This document shows, piece by piece, positions 49,180 to 60,461 of a stretch of DNA of 64,000 bases. The translations under genes were made by a program, and so were the position numbers. Where the stretch lies: the NCBI GenBank assembly GCA_965217585.1, contig OZ244561.1, positions 4,096,001 to 4,160,000 on the forward strand, written 5' to 3'. Each line of letters begins with the position of its first letter. Within the stretch, counting starts at the first letter, position 1. The notes under the pieces were generated by a model that saw only the letters and a program-made list of their open reading frames with translations, had not been told where the DNA came from and searched no databases. The DNA comes from Candidatus Latescibacterota bacterium (GTDB taxonomy: Bacteria > Latescibacterota > UBA2968 > UBA8231).

Positions 49180-49794
49180 ATGCCAGCACCGAACATCTGC
49201 AAAGAGCAATCCTGCACCGAGAAAGTACGGGGAGATCACTATTTGTGCCGTGAGCACTGGGAGGACTGTCAGGAGGGCGTTATTGATGAGTGTCCCCAAT
49301 GTGGGGTGTATAAAGACGTAGGGTATCGCCTCTGCATCAAGTGCAACAAGAAAGCTAACGTGGCGAGCAAGAAAAAGCCGAAATCGGGGGAAAACAAGCA
49401 GAAGATCCGCAGGTACGACCCGGTCAGAGCCGGCACCTTCGACGAACGCGCCGCTTTACTGGAAGATGACCAGAAGGCACAGGACAAACGCCAATTGTTC
49501 CACGATCAGCAAGGCAAGTGCGTTTACTGCGGCAACGAGTACCAGTACGACGAACTCGAAATTGAGCACATGATTCCGAAGGCCCGCGGTGGCCCAGACC
49601 ACATCCGAAACTGCCAGTTGGCCTGTGGTAATTGCAACCTAGCCAAAGGCACGAAGACCGACATTGAATTCCGGCAAGAACACGCCAGTTATCTGCCGCA
49701 GAAAGAGAGGACGCCGGCCGACCCGCCCATAGATCCGAAACTGCTCAAAGCGCTAGCCCAGAAGCGCCGCTTCTGGCGATCCCAGCGTAGGTGA
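49180..49794 (+). CDS. HNH endonuclease with N-terminal Cys-rich zinc-binding motifs
   Basis: CVYC...EIEHMIPKARGG...NCQLACGNCNLAKG; N-terminal C-x4-C...C-x2-H and CPQC...CIKC. Confidence 0.85.
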   Translation: MPAPNICKEQSCTEKVRGDHYLCREHWEDCQEGVIDECPQCGVYKDVGYRLCIKCNKKANVASKKKPKSGENKQKIRRYDPVRAGTFDERAALLEDDQKAQDKRQLFHDQQGKCVYCGNEYQYDELEIEHMIPKARGGPDHIRNCQLACGNCNLAKGTKTDIEFRQEHASYLPQKERTPADPPIDPKLLKALAQKRRFWRSQRR

Positions 49795-49989
49795 TCTGGT
49801 GATCGATAGGATACGCAAAGCCCGCCATAGCATATCGACGGAATGCGGACACGATCCGAGGAAGCTAGTTGAATATTATATAAGGCGTCAGAACAAACGG
49901 AGATCGACGACATCATCAGCGGCAAGCAATGAAATGGTCCGGTCGGACGATGAATAACAGTGCCTATCTGAATTGTATAGGAGGCTCAT

Positions 49990-50292
49990 TTGTTCCAGCA
50001 TAAGTTTGAGTGGGATCCTAGCAAAGCAGAACAGAATCTCAGGGCACATGGTATTACTTTTGAACGCGCTGCTACCGTTTTTCGGGATCCACGAGCACTC
50101 TCCGAGTTCGACGAAAAACACAGCCAAGATGAGGACCGGTGGATCACTCTTGGTCTAGATCGGACAGGTAGCTTACTGGTCGTTTGTCATACGTACCGAG
50201 AAGAGACTGCCTCAAGCGACCGAATACGGCTGATCTCGGCACGTAAAGCAACCACGAATGAAACGAGGCAATACAATGAAACAGGAATATGA
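49990..50292 (+). CDS. BrnT-family (DUF497) ribonuclease toxin
   Basis: RBS AGGAGG, TTG start; FEWDPSKAEQNLRAHGITFE...EDRWITLG...IRLISARKAT. Confidence 0.9.
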   Translation: MFQHKFEWDPSKAEQNLRAHGITFERAATVFRDPRALSEFDEKHSQDEDRWITLGLDRTGSLLVVCHTYREETASSDRIRLISARKATTNETRQYNETGI

Positions 50293-51892
50293 TTTTTCTA
50301 AGGCTGTGAGAGGGAAGTTCTTCCGCGAGGGGGCCGAGCTACAGCTACCAATTTGCTCTGATAGAGGCTCTAATACTCATCAACGACCTAACCTCTTCGA
50401 TTATGCGACTTCCGAACTCTCGCAGGACGCCGTCATCTGCTGGCTCGTTGCCTGTGCCGCCGAATCCACTGGAGACCTCCAGGAGTGTGGGCGGGCCTTC
50501 GTTCGCGCTCTTTTTCGAGCAGGAGTGTCGGATGGAATCGAGGGTGTTCCGGTGCTAGGAGCTAATGGCAAACCGGCGACTCTCTACGATGGGCCATGCG
50601 ACGTGAGCGACGTGATCAATATTAAACGTCAGTATCACAAGATTGATGTGTACTTCCAGGCCAAAGTGGACGGGAAGAAGGTCTCTTTTATCATCGAAGA
50701 CAAAAAAGACTCACGGGATCACAGTAACAAATTGACGCGGTATATAGAGGCCGTCAGTACGGATGACGAGGTGGAATATCTAATCAAGCCCGTCTATTTC
50801 AAGACTGGATATGTGTTCAGTGATGAGAGAGAGGTCGTCGAATGTGCCAAGTATTCCGTATTTAAGGCGGAAGACATGGCGAGTTTCCTCGGTAGTCAGG
50901 ACGTAACTCGGGAGAACGAGATTCTGCGCCAGTACGTGGAGTATCTGGCCTGCCAGATGAAAACGAGAGCCGACGCCCAAGCGAATTGGGACCTCAATCA
51001 GGACCATGTGCAGTGGGAGTTCATGCGGAAGCTCCGTGATAGGCTGGAAAATGCGGCTGGCGAATGGCGGCCCTTTATCCCCGACGAATTGTCCGGTTCC
51101 CCGCTGAATTCGGACTGGCTTTGGCACGGCTTGGGCAGGGGCACAAATAGCGGCAGCCCGTGGACGCAGTACTGGTTCGCAAAACATCTGTTTTGGCGGC
51201 TTGATTCGTGGACACCGCGACTGCGACTGATGATTCACCTTGAAAACGCTGGGAGGAGCGTCGAGGAGAGCGATGGTATGGTAAGTGAATACCGGGACAG
51301 CTTCAACGAAGCCCTCCAGGAAGAGAGACTAGATGCCAGACGTTTTGTCCGGAGGAAAGGTAATGAATGCACCGTCGGATCCGTTGAGATTGCCAATTTT
51401 CAGGGTATGACGGTGAGCGAATTTCTGGATCGGGTGACGCGGGTGCATATCAGATTCCTTGATATGATTAGCGCAAAGGTTGAGTTAATGAAGAGGCTGT
51501 GGTGCGAGATTGATTCTGCGCTGAAAGAGGGGATTCGAGGTCTTCCCTCCAAATCCAAAGAACTCTCGGACGTATCCGAGGAGACGATCAAAGGGTTCAA
51601 AGAGCACGGCTTATACTATCCATTTGGCAGTGGAGCCGCCTCGCTCGGTGTTGTTCAGGAAGAAGGCAGGATTTTCTTTGGTGTCTATTATGACAAGAAT
51701 CAAGACGAGCACCGCGAACATGAGGCGGCATTAAAGGCGGTCTTAAAGGACGTGCCCGGTGGTGATAAACCAACCGATGAGTGGCTTTGGTGGGCGTGGG
51801 CCGATGGAGACCTCGAATCGTATGCGGAAAGAATCGCAAAAGGCTTGAAATCGGTTTGGGTGGCGATTAAACGAGCTGGTCTTGATCGGTAG
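50276..51892 (+). CDS. PD-(D/E)XK nuclease-superfamily protein carrying a BrnA-like antitoxin N-terminus
   Basis: Starts MKQEYDFSKAVRGKFFREGAELQLPI (BrnT-partner-like), then PNLFDYATSELSQDAVICWL...IDV...IIEDK...Y.KTG. Confidence 0.7.
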   Translation: MKQEYDFSKAVRGKFFREGAELQLPICSDRGSNTHQRPNLFDYATSELSQDAVICWLVACAAESTGDLQECGRAFVRALFRAGVSDGIEGVPVLGANGKPATLYDGPCDVSDVINIKRQYHKIDVYFQAKVDGKKVSFIIEDKKDSRDHSNKLTRYIEAVSTDDEVEYLIKPVYFKTGYVFSDEREVVECAKYSVFKAEDMASFLGSQDVTRENEILRQYVEYLACQMKTRADAQANWDLNQDHVQWEFMRKLRDRLENAAGEWRPFIPDELSGSPLNSDWLWHGLGRGTNSGSPWTQYWFAKHLFWRLDSWTPRLRLMIHLENAGRSVEESDGMVSEYRDSFNEALQEERLDARRFVRRKGNECTVGSVEIANFQGMTVSEFLDRVTRVHIRFLDMISAKVELMKRLWCEIDSALKEGIRGLPSKSKELSDVSEETIKGFKEHGLYYPFGSGAASLGVVQEEGRIFFGVYYDKNQDEHREHEAALKAVLKDVPGGDKPTDEWLWWAWADGDLESYAERIAKGLKSVWVAIKRAGLDR

Positions 51893-51899
51893 CTCTCCC

Positions 51900-51955
51900 T
51901 CATTTGGCGATTTCCCGGCCCCATTCGCCCCGATCACAAGGGTCAGTTCAGCCAT
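51900..51955 (-). pseudogene. Truncated P-loop ATPase (zeta-toxin/AAA-like) N-terminus
   Basis: ATG at 51955 overlaps the upstream stop; MAELTLVIGANGAGKS (Walker A), then the similarity ends. Confidence 0.6.
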
Positions 51956-52151
51956 CGGCCCCTTCTGCATCCATCGGTTGGAACGGCTTTTTCTCGATTC
52001 GGCCGTCGGGCCATTCGGTTACAAGAAATTGATCGTCGTCGCTGAGATAGACGAACGCCTTGCCCTGTTCGAGCACCATGCGTCGGGTCGCTCCGGGGTC
52101 GGCCAAAGTCCGCTTGATCGCGGCGATTAACGGGTGTTCGCGGTTATTCAT
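51948..52151 (-). CDS. Small hypothetical protein, probable partner of the truncated ATPase
   Basis: RBS GGAGG; 67 aa; ATGGCTGA coupling to the downstream P-loop start. Confidence 0.6.
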   Translation of the reverse strand: MNNREHPLIAAIKRTLADPGATRRMVLEQGKAFVYLSDDDQFLVTEWPDGRIEKKPFQPMDAEGADG

Positions 52152-52244
52152 CGTCGTTGATTACCTCCATGAGAAGCCTTTTTAAGACCCGCGTTGGGCT
52201 GTGTTGAGTTTTCTTTTTTACGCCTTCAGGGCCGTCGGCTCGCC

Positions 52245-52811
52245 TCAAGGTAGCGGTCGCAGCCGCCCCGCTTCCTCCTCGTAGCCTGCGCCGCACTCCG
52301 CACACACCAGATTACCGCTCAGCGTGACGCCGCAACGGCAGACCCAGCCCGTCTGCCGCCCAGGCACGCCGGTTATCAGCGCATAGGCCGGCACGTCGCG
52401 AGTTACGACCGCTCCGGCACCAACGAGGGCATAAGCGCCGATTTCGACACCGCAAACAATGGTTGAGTTGGCCCCCAGCGAAGCCCCCCTTCGCACCCGC
52501 GTCTCTTGGAACTCGTGCCTGCGGTCGATAAAGGCGCGCGGGGTAACGACATTGGTGAATACCATCGACGGGCCGCAGAAGACCCCTTCTTCGAGCGTGA
52601 CTCCCTTGTAGATCGAGACGTTGTTCTGTATTTTGCAGCCGTCGCCGATCACCACGCCGCGATCGACATAGATGTTCTGGCCGAGATTGCAGTTTTGGCC
52701 GATCCGCGCACCGGGCATCAGGTGGCAGAAATGCCATATATGGGTTCCCGCGCCAATGGCGACCGGCTCATCGACGCAAGTGCTGGGATGGACGAAGTAT
52801 TCTTTTGTCAT
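52245..52811 (-). CDS. Hexapeptide-repeat N-acetyltransferase (WbpD-like)
   Basis: IWHFCH, CKIQNNVSIY.GV, CGPSMVFTNV..PR, C-terminal Cys cluster. Confidence 0.88.
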   Translation of the reverse strand: MTKEYFVHPSTCVDEPVAIGAGTHIWHFCHLMPGARIGQNCNLGQNIYVDRGVVIGDGCKIQNNVSIYKGVTLEEGVFCGPSMVFTNVVTPRAFIDRRHEFQETRVRRGASLGANSTIVCGVEIGAYALVGAGAVVTRDVPAYALITGVPGRQTGWVCRCGVTLSGNLVCAECGAGYEEEAGRLRPLP

Positions 52812-52898
52812 GACGACCGAATATAAATTGTCCCTGTCTATTTACCAATGCACCGACCGAATGGTCGGCGCAGAAACCCTTTGCATACGGAGGAAACC

Positions 52899-53858
52899 GT
52901 GAAACTAGCCACGTACTCTGCCGCTGGCGAACAGCGCGTGGGCGCAGTCGTCGGCGACGACAATATCGTCGTGGATCTCGCCGCTGCCGACCGCGTCTTG
53001 GCCCGCCAAGAAAAGCGCAAAACTCATCCCTTCTTTACCGATATGCTGGCCCTGCTCTCCGCTGGTGCCAAGGGCCTGCGCGCCGCCAAACAGGCCGCGG
53101 CGTATGCCGAAGATAAAGAACCCAACGGCAAGACCATCCACGCCCTCAACAAGGTCCGCCTCCGCGCGCCCATGCCCAACCCGCGCAAGGTCTTCTGCTT
53201 GGCCGGCAACTACCAAGACCACATCGAAGAGGGCGGCGGCAAAATGGATGCCCAAGACAAGGAAACCCCTCGCGTCTTTATGAAGCCACCGACGACCACC
53301 GTCATTGGCCCTGGGGACCGCATTCTCATTCCCCCGATTGCCAATAGCATCGATTGGGAAGGCGAGCTGGCGGTTGTCATCGGCCGCAATACCAAGGGCG
53401 TCAAAGCCAAGGACGCGCTCAAACACGTGGCCGGTTACACCGTTATGAACGACGTATCCGAGCGCGAGTTGGTCATCAAGAAGCGCACTGACAGCCGCCC
53501 GCGCGACGAGTGGTTCGACTGGCTCAACGGCAAATGGCTCGACACCTTTGCCCCGCAGGGCCCTTGGATCGTCACTTCGGACGAGATCAAGGATCCCCAG
53601 GTTCTCGACATCAGCACGTTCATCAACGGCGAGCGCAAGCAACACAACAACACCGGCCAGATGCTCTACCCGGTTGATAAGATCATCGAGTACATCTCGG
53701 CGATTATCACCCTAGAGCCGGGCGACCTGATCAGCACTGGCACCATATCGGGCGTCGGCGCGACCACTGGCACCTTTATGAAAAAGGGCGACAAGGTCGA
53801 AATCGAGATCTCCGGGATCGGCGTACTCAAAAACTCGGTCGCCGAGAGCAAGAAATAA
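52899..53858 (+). CDS. Fumarylacetoacetate hydrolase family protein
   Basis: GTG after GGAGG; GNY..H, FMKP, DWEGEL, NDVSER, GK..DTFAP.GPW, PGDLISTGT. Confidence 0.9.
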   Translation: MKLATYSAAGEQRVGAVVGDDNIVVDLAAADRVLARQEKRKTHPFFTDMLALLSAGAKGLRAAKQAAAYAEDKEPNGKTIHALNKVRLRAPMPNPRKVFCLAGNYQDHIEEGGGKMDAQDKETPRVFMKPPTTTVIGPGDRILIPPIANSIDWEGELAVVIGRNTKGVKAKDALKHVAGYTVMNDVSERELVIKKRTDSRPRDEWFDWLNGKWLDTFAPQGPWIVTSDEIKDPQVLDISTFINGERKQHNNTGQMLYPVDKIIEYISAIITLEPGDLISTGTISGVGATTGTFMKKGDKVEIEISGIGVLKNSVAESKK

Positions 53859-53861
53859 CCC

Positions 53862-55082
53862 TTGGACTCAACATCCGCGACCACGGGCCAGGGAGGCGGG
53901 CTACTCAGCCGCGCCTTCCTGGCCCTTTGTCTTCTCTACTTTCTCAACAGCTTCCTCTCCGCCCCCTTCCAAGCGCTCTTTCCCGTCTATATCGAAGCCG
54001 ACTTGGCGAGGCCCCCGTGGTTTACCGGCTATCTGCGCGGGCTGATGCTGCTCTTGGGTGGCGTATTTGCCGTCGTCGCCGGCCGGCTCTGCGACCGCTT
54101 TGGCCGCAAGACGACTCTGATGATCGGCCTCGTCGGCAGCGCGCTCACCGGCTTGGTCTTTCGCACCGCAGACCCTTGGGGGCTGTCGTGCCTGCTCTTG
54201 GCGATGGGCGCGGCCAGCGGCCCTTGGTCCACCGCCGGGCAGAGCATCCTCATCACCGCCGTCACCCCTGCTCGACTTGGTTTGGGCGGTGCCCTCTACT
54301 TTCTCAGCAATACGCTCGGCAACTCGCTCGGCAGCCTCTGTACTGGCTTGGTCAAAACCACCTATTCCTTCGCCCAGATCGGTGCCACCATGAGCATCGG
54401 CATGGTCGCGGTAATCGCCCTAGCTTTTGCGCTGTTGCCCGGCGACGCGCCCTCCCCCACCACTGCTACGCAGGCGGCGCGCCTCAATACGTGGACGGCC
54501 TATCGCCCGCTTTTAGGCCGCGGCGATGTGCACCTCCTGCTCAGCCTGCGCCTGACCATCACCACCTTCTGGGGCATGGCGACGTTGGCGCTGCCCCTGC
54601 TGATCTACCGAGTCGGCGAAAGCGAGGCCCTGCCCGCGTACTTTGCCTCTCTCTCGCTGGTGGTGGCGGCCTGCTGCCAGCTCAGCGTCGGTTATCTCAA
54701 CGACCGCTTTGGCCGCACCGCACCGCTTCTCGGCTCGGCCGTGGGCATCTTCCTCAGTGCCTTGGGCCTTGCCCTTTGGCACGACACCCTAGTCGGCCTC
54801 TTTGCCTGTGGCACCGCTCTCACTGCTACGGCTTGGGCCGTCTCGACGCTGATTCCCCGGCTCATCAACGACGTCGCCGCGGCCGATGAAAAAAACCGCC
54901 TCGTCGGCTTAGGCCACCTCGCTTGGAGCGGCTCGATGGTGGTCGGCAGCCTGCTCGGCGGCTACCTAATCGAGATAAATGTCGCCCTACCCTTCTACAT
55001 CGGCACGGCCCTCAGTGCCCTCGGTGCCCTCGGCGCCTTTGGCCTCTGCCGCCGTCTGGACGGCGCAGGGGTTACGGCTTAG
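53862..55082 (+). CDS. MFS transporter
   Basis: About 12 TM segments; motif A GRLCDRFGRK and GYLNDRFGR. Confidence 0.88.
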   Translation: MDSTSATTGQGGGLLSRAFLALCLLYFLNSFLSAPFQALFPVYIEADLARPPWFTGYLRGLMLLLGGVFAVVAGRLCDRFGRKTTLMIGLVGSALTGLVFRTADPWGLSCLLLAMGAASGPWSTAGQSILITAVTPARLGLGGALYFLSNTLGNSLGSLCTGLVKTTYSFAQIGATMSIGMVAVIALAFALLPGDAPSPTTATQAARLNTWTAYRPLLGRGDVHLLLSLRLTITTFWGMATLALPLLIYRVGESEALPAYFASLSLVVAACCQLSVGYLNDRFGRTAPLLGSAVGIFLSALGLALWHDTLVGLFACGTALTATAWAVSTLIPRLINDVAAADEKNRLVGLGHLAWSGSMVVGSLLGGYLIEINVALPFYIGTALSALGALGAFGLCRRLDGAGVTA

Positions 55083-55091
55083 ACTAGGCGA

Positions 55092-56246
55092 ATGCAAAAA
55101 CTCCGGCTGTTCCTCATTACGCTCTCGCACTTTTGCGTCGATAGCTACGCCACGATGTTGGCCCCGCTGTTGCCCCTGCTCAAGGCCAACTTGGGGCTGA
55201 GCTTGGCGCAGGTCGGGTTTTTGGGTTCCATCGTTTCTATATGCAATATCAGCCAGCCCCTCATGGGCTTGTGGGCCGACCGCATGGCTTGGCGCTGGCT
55301 GATTGTCGGTGGCTTGGCGTTGACGACCATTTTTTCCCCGCTCATGGGGCTGGCACCCAATTACCTGACCCTCGTCGGCATCCTGATGCTGGGTGGGATC
55401 GGGGTCGCCGCCTTCCATCCCCAAGTCTTTTCGCTGGCCGGCGAACTCAGCGGTCCGCGCCGCTCCTTCGGCTTGGCGCTCTTTATCTTTGGCGGTACGC
55501 TGGGGCTGGGCCTAACGCCGCTATGGGCACCCGCCTACACCAACTCCTTTGGGCTTGCCGCCATGCCCTACCTTTCCATTCCTGGCCTGTTGTTCCTCCT
55601 GCTCATGTGCCGCGCGGTACCGCTGGGCAACCCCAACTTCGCCCACGGCAAAAGTACGGCCCAGTGGCGCAGTCTCGGCGACCAAGCTGGTCCCCTCGTG
55701 CTGATCACCGCGATCGTCATTTTGCGCTCGGTATCGGGACTGGGCTTTGGCACGTTTTTGACGCTCATGGCCCAGGAGCGCGGTCTCGGTCTCGTCGCTG
55801 GCGGCATTCCCTTGGGAATCTACAATATCGCTGGCGTGGTCGGCGCGCTCGTTGTTGGCTACCTAGCAGACCGCATCGATCCTAAACCGCTGGTCTGGGG
55901 ATCGCTGCTGTGCTCGGTACCGCCGCTCTACGCCTTTATCTATGTCGAGGGAATGCTGGCCAGCTACGTCCTGCTTTTTGTGGGCGGCGGTCTGTTGCTG
56001 TCTTCCAACTCGATTATGGTCGCCTTGGCCCAAGAGTTTTCGCCGGAAAATACGGGTTTGGTTTCCAGCCTGCCGCTGGGCTTTAGCTGGGGTTTGGCCA
56101 GCCTCGCACTGCCGCTGATCGGCCATTTCGGCGACCAGATCGGCGTCGCTGAAACCTTGAAATACCTAGCCTTGTTGCCGATATTGCCCGCCGGCTTGGC
56201 CTTCTTCCTGCCCAGCCGCCCAACCGCAAAGGACGCCATGCCATGA
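55092..56246 (+). CDS. MFS transporter (Fsr-like)
   Basis: HFCVD, QPLMGLWADR, GVAAFHP, GYLADR. Confidence 0.88.
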   Translation: MQKLRLFLITLSHFCVDSYATMLAPLLPLLKANLGLSLAQVGFLGSIVSICNISQPLMGLWADRMAWRWLIVGGLALTTIFSPLMGLAPNYLTLVGILMLGGIGVAAFHPQVFSLAGELSGPRRSFGLALFIFGGTLGLGLTPLWAPAYTNSFGLAAMPYLSIPGLLFLLLMCRAVPLGNPNFAHGKSTAQWRSLGDQAGPLVLITAIVILRSVSGLGFGTFLTLMAQERGLGLVAGGIPLGIYNIAGVVGALVVGYLADRIDPKPLVWGSLLCSVPPLYAFIYVEGMLASYVLLFVGGGLLLSSNSIMVALAQEFSPENTGLVSSLPLGFSWGLASLALPLIGHFGDQIGVAETLKYLALLPILPAGLAFFLPSRPTAKDAMP

Positions 56247-57025
56247 GCTTGCTCATTTTAGACCCCGAGCAGAACCAGTTCTTCGACGACAACGGCTACC
56301 TGCTGCTCAAGGGCTTTTATAGCCCTGCGGAGATGGAGCAGATGCGCTGCGAGTTGCACCGCTTGGTGACCGAGATCGAACACCGGCCCAAGAACGTCAA
56401 GTACTCCTTTATGGACGCGCCGGAAGGCTACGCGCCCGACCCCTTCAACCCGCACAATGTCGCCGGCATGATGGATCAGACGTTGGCTGGCGACTACTGG
56501 TTCGACCAGTTCACTGAGCCGCGCATTGTCTCGGTTATGGTCGATCTCTTAGGCCCCGACCTCGATTTCCACAACGGCAAGATCCGCAACAAACCCCCTG
56601 GCTTTGTCTGCACCCAAAGCTGGCACCAGGACTGGCCCTACGAGCGCCACACCGAGCCAGATTTGGCTGCGGTCATTACGTACCTCGATCCGAGTGCATT
56701 TGAAGCCGGGGCCACCGAGGTCCTGCCCGGCAGCCACCTCAAGGGCGAGTACCCCACCCTAGAAAACAGCCACACCATCCCCGACGAGCACATCCCCGCG
56801 GCCGAATGCGTCGTCTTGGAAGCCGAGCCAGGCGACGTGGCGATCATTCACGTTCTCGTCGTCCACCGCGCCGGCCATAACTACACCCCGCGCACCCGCC
56901 ACGCCATCATCAACGAGTACAAAACCGCGGCCACCATCGACCAATGGGGCAATTCCTGCGCCTTTGCCGGCTTGCCTCTGGCCCGCAATGGCCAACTCCT
57001 GATGCCGCGCGTTTACCAGGGATAA
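56243..57025 (+). CDS. Phytanoyl-CoA dioxygenase (PhyH) family protein
   Basis: FFDDNGY, WHQD, PGSH, VHRAGHN...R. Confidence 0.88.
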   Translation: MSLLILDPEQNQFFDDNGYLLLKGFYSPAEMEQMRCELHRLVTEIEHRPKNVKYSFMDAPEGYAPDPFNPHNVAGMMDQTLAGDYWFDQFTEPRIVSVMVDLLGPDLDFHNGKIRNKPPGFVCTQSWHQDWPYERHTEPDLAAVITYLDPSAFEAGATEVLPGSHLKGEYPTLENSHTIPDEHIPAAECVVLEAEPGDVAIIHVLVVHRAGHNYTPRTRHAIINEYKTAATIDQWGNSCAFAGLPLARNGQLLMPRVYQG

Positions 57026-57054
57026 ACGCGGCCTTGAAGTGCGCCCCGCCTTGA

Positions 57055-59022
<1,968 letters not shown>

Positions 59023-59062
59023 TCCCCGGCGACTCCTTTAACTAAACGGAAAAGAGAGGAAG

Positions 59063-60055
59063 ATGGACAAGATTCGCGTGGGATTTATCGGCTGTGGTGG
59101 AAATGCCAGCGGGCACCTAGGGCGGATGCTCGGCATCCCCGAGGCCCAAGTGGTGGCTTTGTGCGATGTGGATCAGGCCAGTCTGCAGCGGGCCAAGGAG
59201 CGCAACCCGCAGGCCGCGGAGTTGCCGGAGTTTACCCACTACCAAGAGATGCTGGAGCAAGTCGAACTGGACGCGGTAGAAATTTCCACGCCACACACAT
59301 TGCACTTCGAGCAGATTATGACCGCGCTGGACAAAGGGCTGCACGTGCTGACCGAAAAGCCGATGGTCTGTACTGTCGATCACGCGCGCCAAGTTATCGC
59401 CAAAGCAGAGGCGACCGGCAAGGTCCTGATGATCTCCTATCAACGGCACTTGGGGGCGCAGTACCGCTATGTGCGCAATCAGATCGCGGCCGGGGAATTG
59501 GGGGATATCCAGTTTATAGCGGCGCTCCAAGACCAGAAGTGGTATCGGGGGACGATTGGACTGTGGCGGCAGCAAATGGCGCTGTCGGGCGGCGGACAGC
59601 TCAACGACTCGGGAAGCCACCTACTGGACATCGTGTTGTGGATGACCGGGCTGGAGGTGGCAGAGGTGCAGGCCTACATGGAGCATTTCGACTCCGAGGT
59701 GGACATCAACTCGGCGCTGTCACTGCGCTTTGGCAACGGTGCGCTGGGGACGATTGCGGTGGTGGGCAACTCGCCGACCAGCGGGATGTGGGAGGACATC
59801 ACCATCTGGGGAACCAAGGCGGTGGTCTATATCCGCCAAGGACAGGTCTTTTACAAGACGCAGCACAGCAGCGAGGTGTATCAGGTAAATAACTTGCCCG
59901 GCTCGGCGACGCCCGACCAGAATTTCATCGACGCGATTCTCGGTCGCGATCAAGTGCAGGTGCCCCCCGAATGCGGTTTGCGGGTCATTGAGCTGACCGA
60001 AGCGGCATGGGCTTCGGCCGCCAGCGGGCAGCCGGTCAAAGTCGAGCGGCAATAG
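59063..60055 (+). CDS. Gfo/Idh/MocA oxidoreductase
   Basis: GFIGCGG, TPHTLH, EKPM, GGGQLNDSGSHLLD. Confidence 0.9.
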   Translation: MDKIRVGFIGCGGNASGHLGRMLGIPEAQVVALCDVDQASLQRAKERNPQAAELPEFTHYQEMLEQVELDAVEISTPHTLHFEQIMTALDKGLHVLTEKPMVCTVDHARQVIAKAEATGKVLMISYQRHLGAQYRYVRNQIAAGELGDIQFIAALQDQKWYRGTIGLWRQQMALSGGGQLNDSGSHLLDIVLWMTGLEVAEVQAYMEHFDSEVDINSALSLRFGNGALGTIAVVGNSPTSGMWEDITIWGTKAVVYIRQGQVFYKTQHSSEVYQVNNLPGSATPDQNFIDAILGRDQVQVPPECGLRVIELTEAAWASAASGQPVKVERQ

Positions 60056-60059
60056 ACGA

Positions 60060-60088
60060 TTGACCCGGTTCACTAGCTCCTGTATATT
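60060..60088 (+). promoter_or_regulatory. sigma70 promoter
   Basis: TTGACC-17 nt-TATATT with TG directly before the -10. Confidence 0.7.
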
Positions 60089-60094
60089 AAAAAT

Positions 60095-60396
60095 TGAGTC
60101 GAGTTCGGGGGCCACAAACCTCTGTTACCGCCACGCTGAGGCTCGAGGCTACGCGAGCGAGCCAACCCGACTTTGTCATTGGCCGCAACGACGCGCAGAG
60201 TTGGAGTATGGATTATGAGGCGCGCACTAGCGAAAGGAGGTGGTTCATTGAGTAGTAATTGTACCGCAGGGAGGTTGATCACTTGATCAACTCCAGGTGA
60301 TTAACTACCTGGTCAGGAGCACAGTCGCCTCGGCGGCATAGCTTCTGAGAGTACAGCCGGGCGCACCCCACCTTAGCGGGTGCGCCCGGTTTTTTT
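60095..60396 (+). ncRNA. Putative structured small RNA or micropeptide mRNA, family not recognised
   Basis: Bounded by a promoter and a terminator; several hairpins; extended SD GAAAGGAGGTGGTTC; only tiny ORFs (60215/60248-60286). Confidence 0.55.
60356..60396 (+). terminator. Strong intrinsic terminator
   Basis: GCCGGGCGCACCC / GGGTGCGCCCGGT followed by a T-run. Confidence 0.9.
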
Positions 60397-60461
60397 ATTT
60401 GTGCTGCACTAGGTTGGTTCCCACACGGTATTTTGCCATATTGTCCGCGAGGAGGCCGTCT

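Noticed and set aside
48500-52200. Integron cassette array
   Set aside because: No repeated attC-like RYYYAAC...GTTRRRY palindromes between the genes and no intI.
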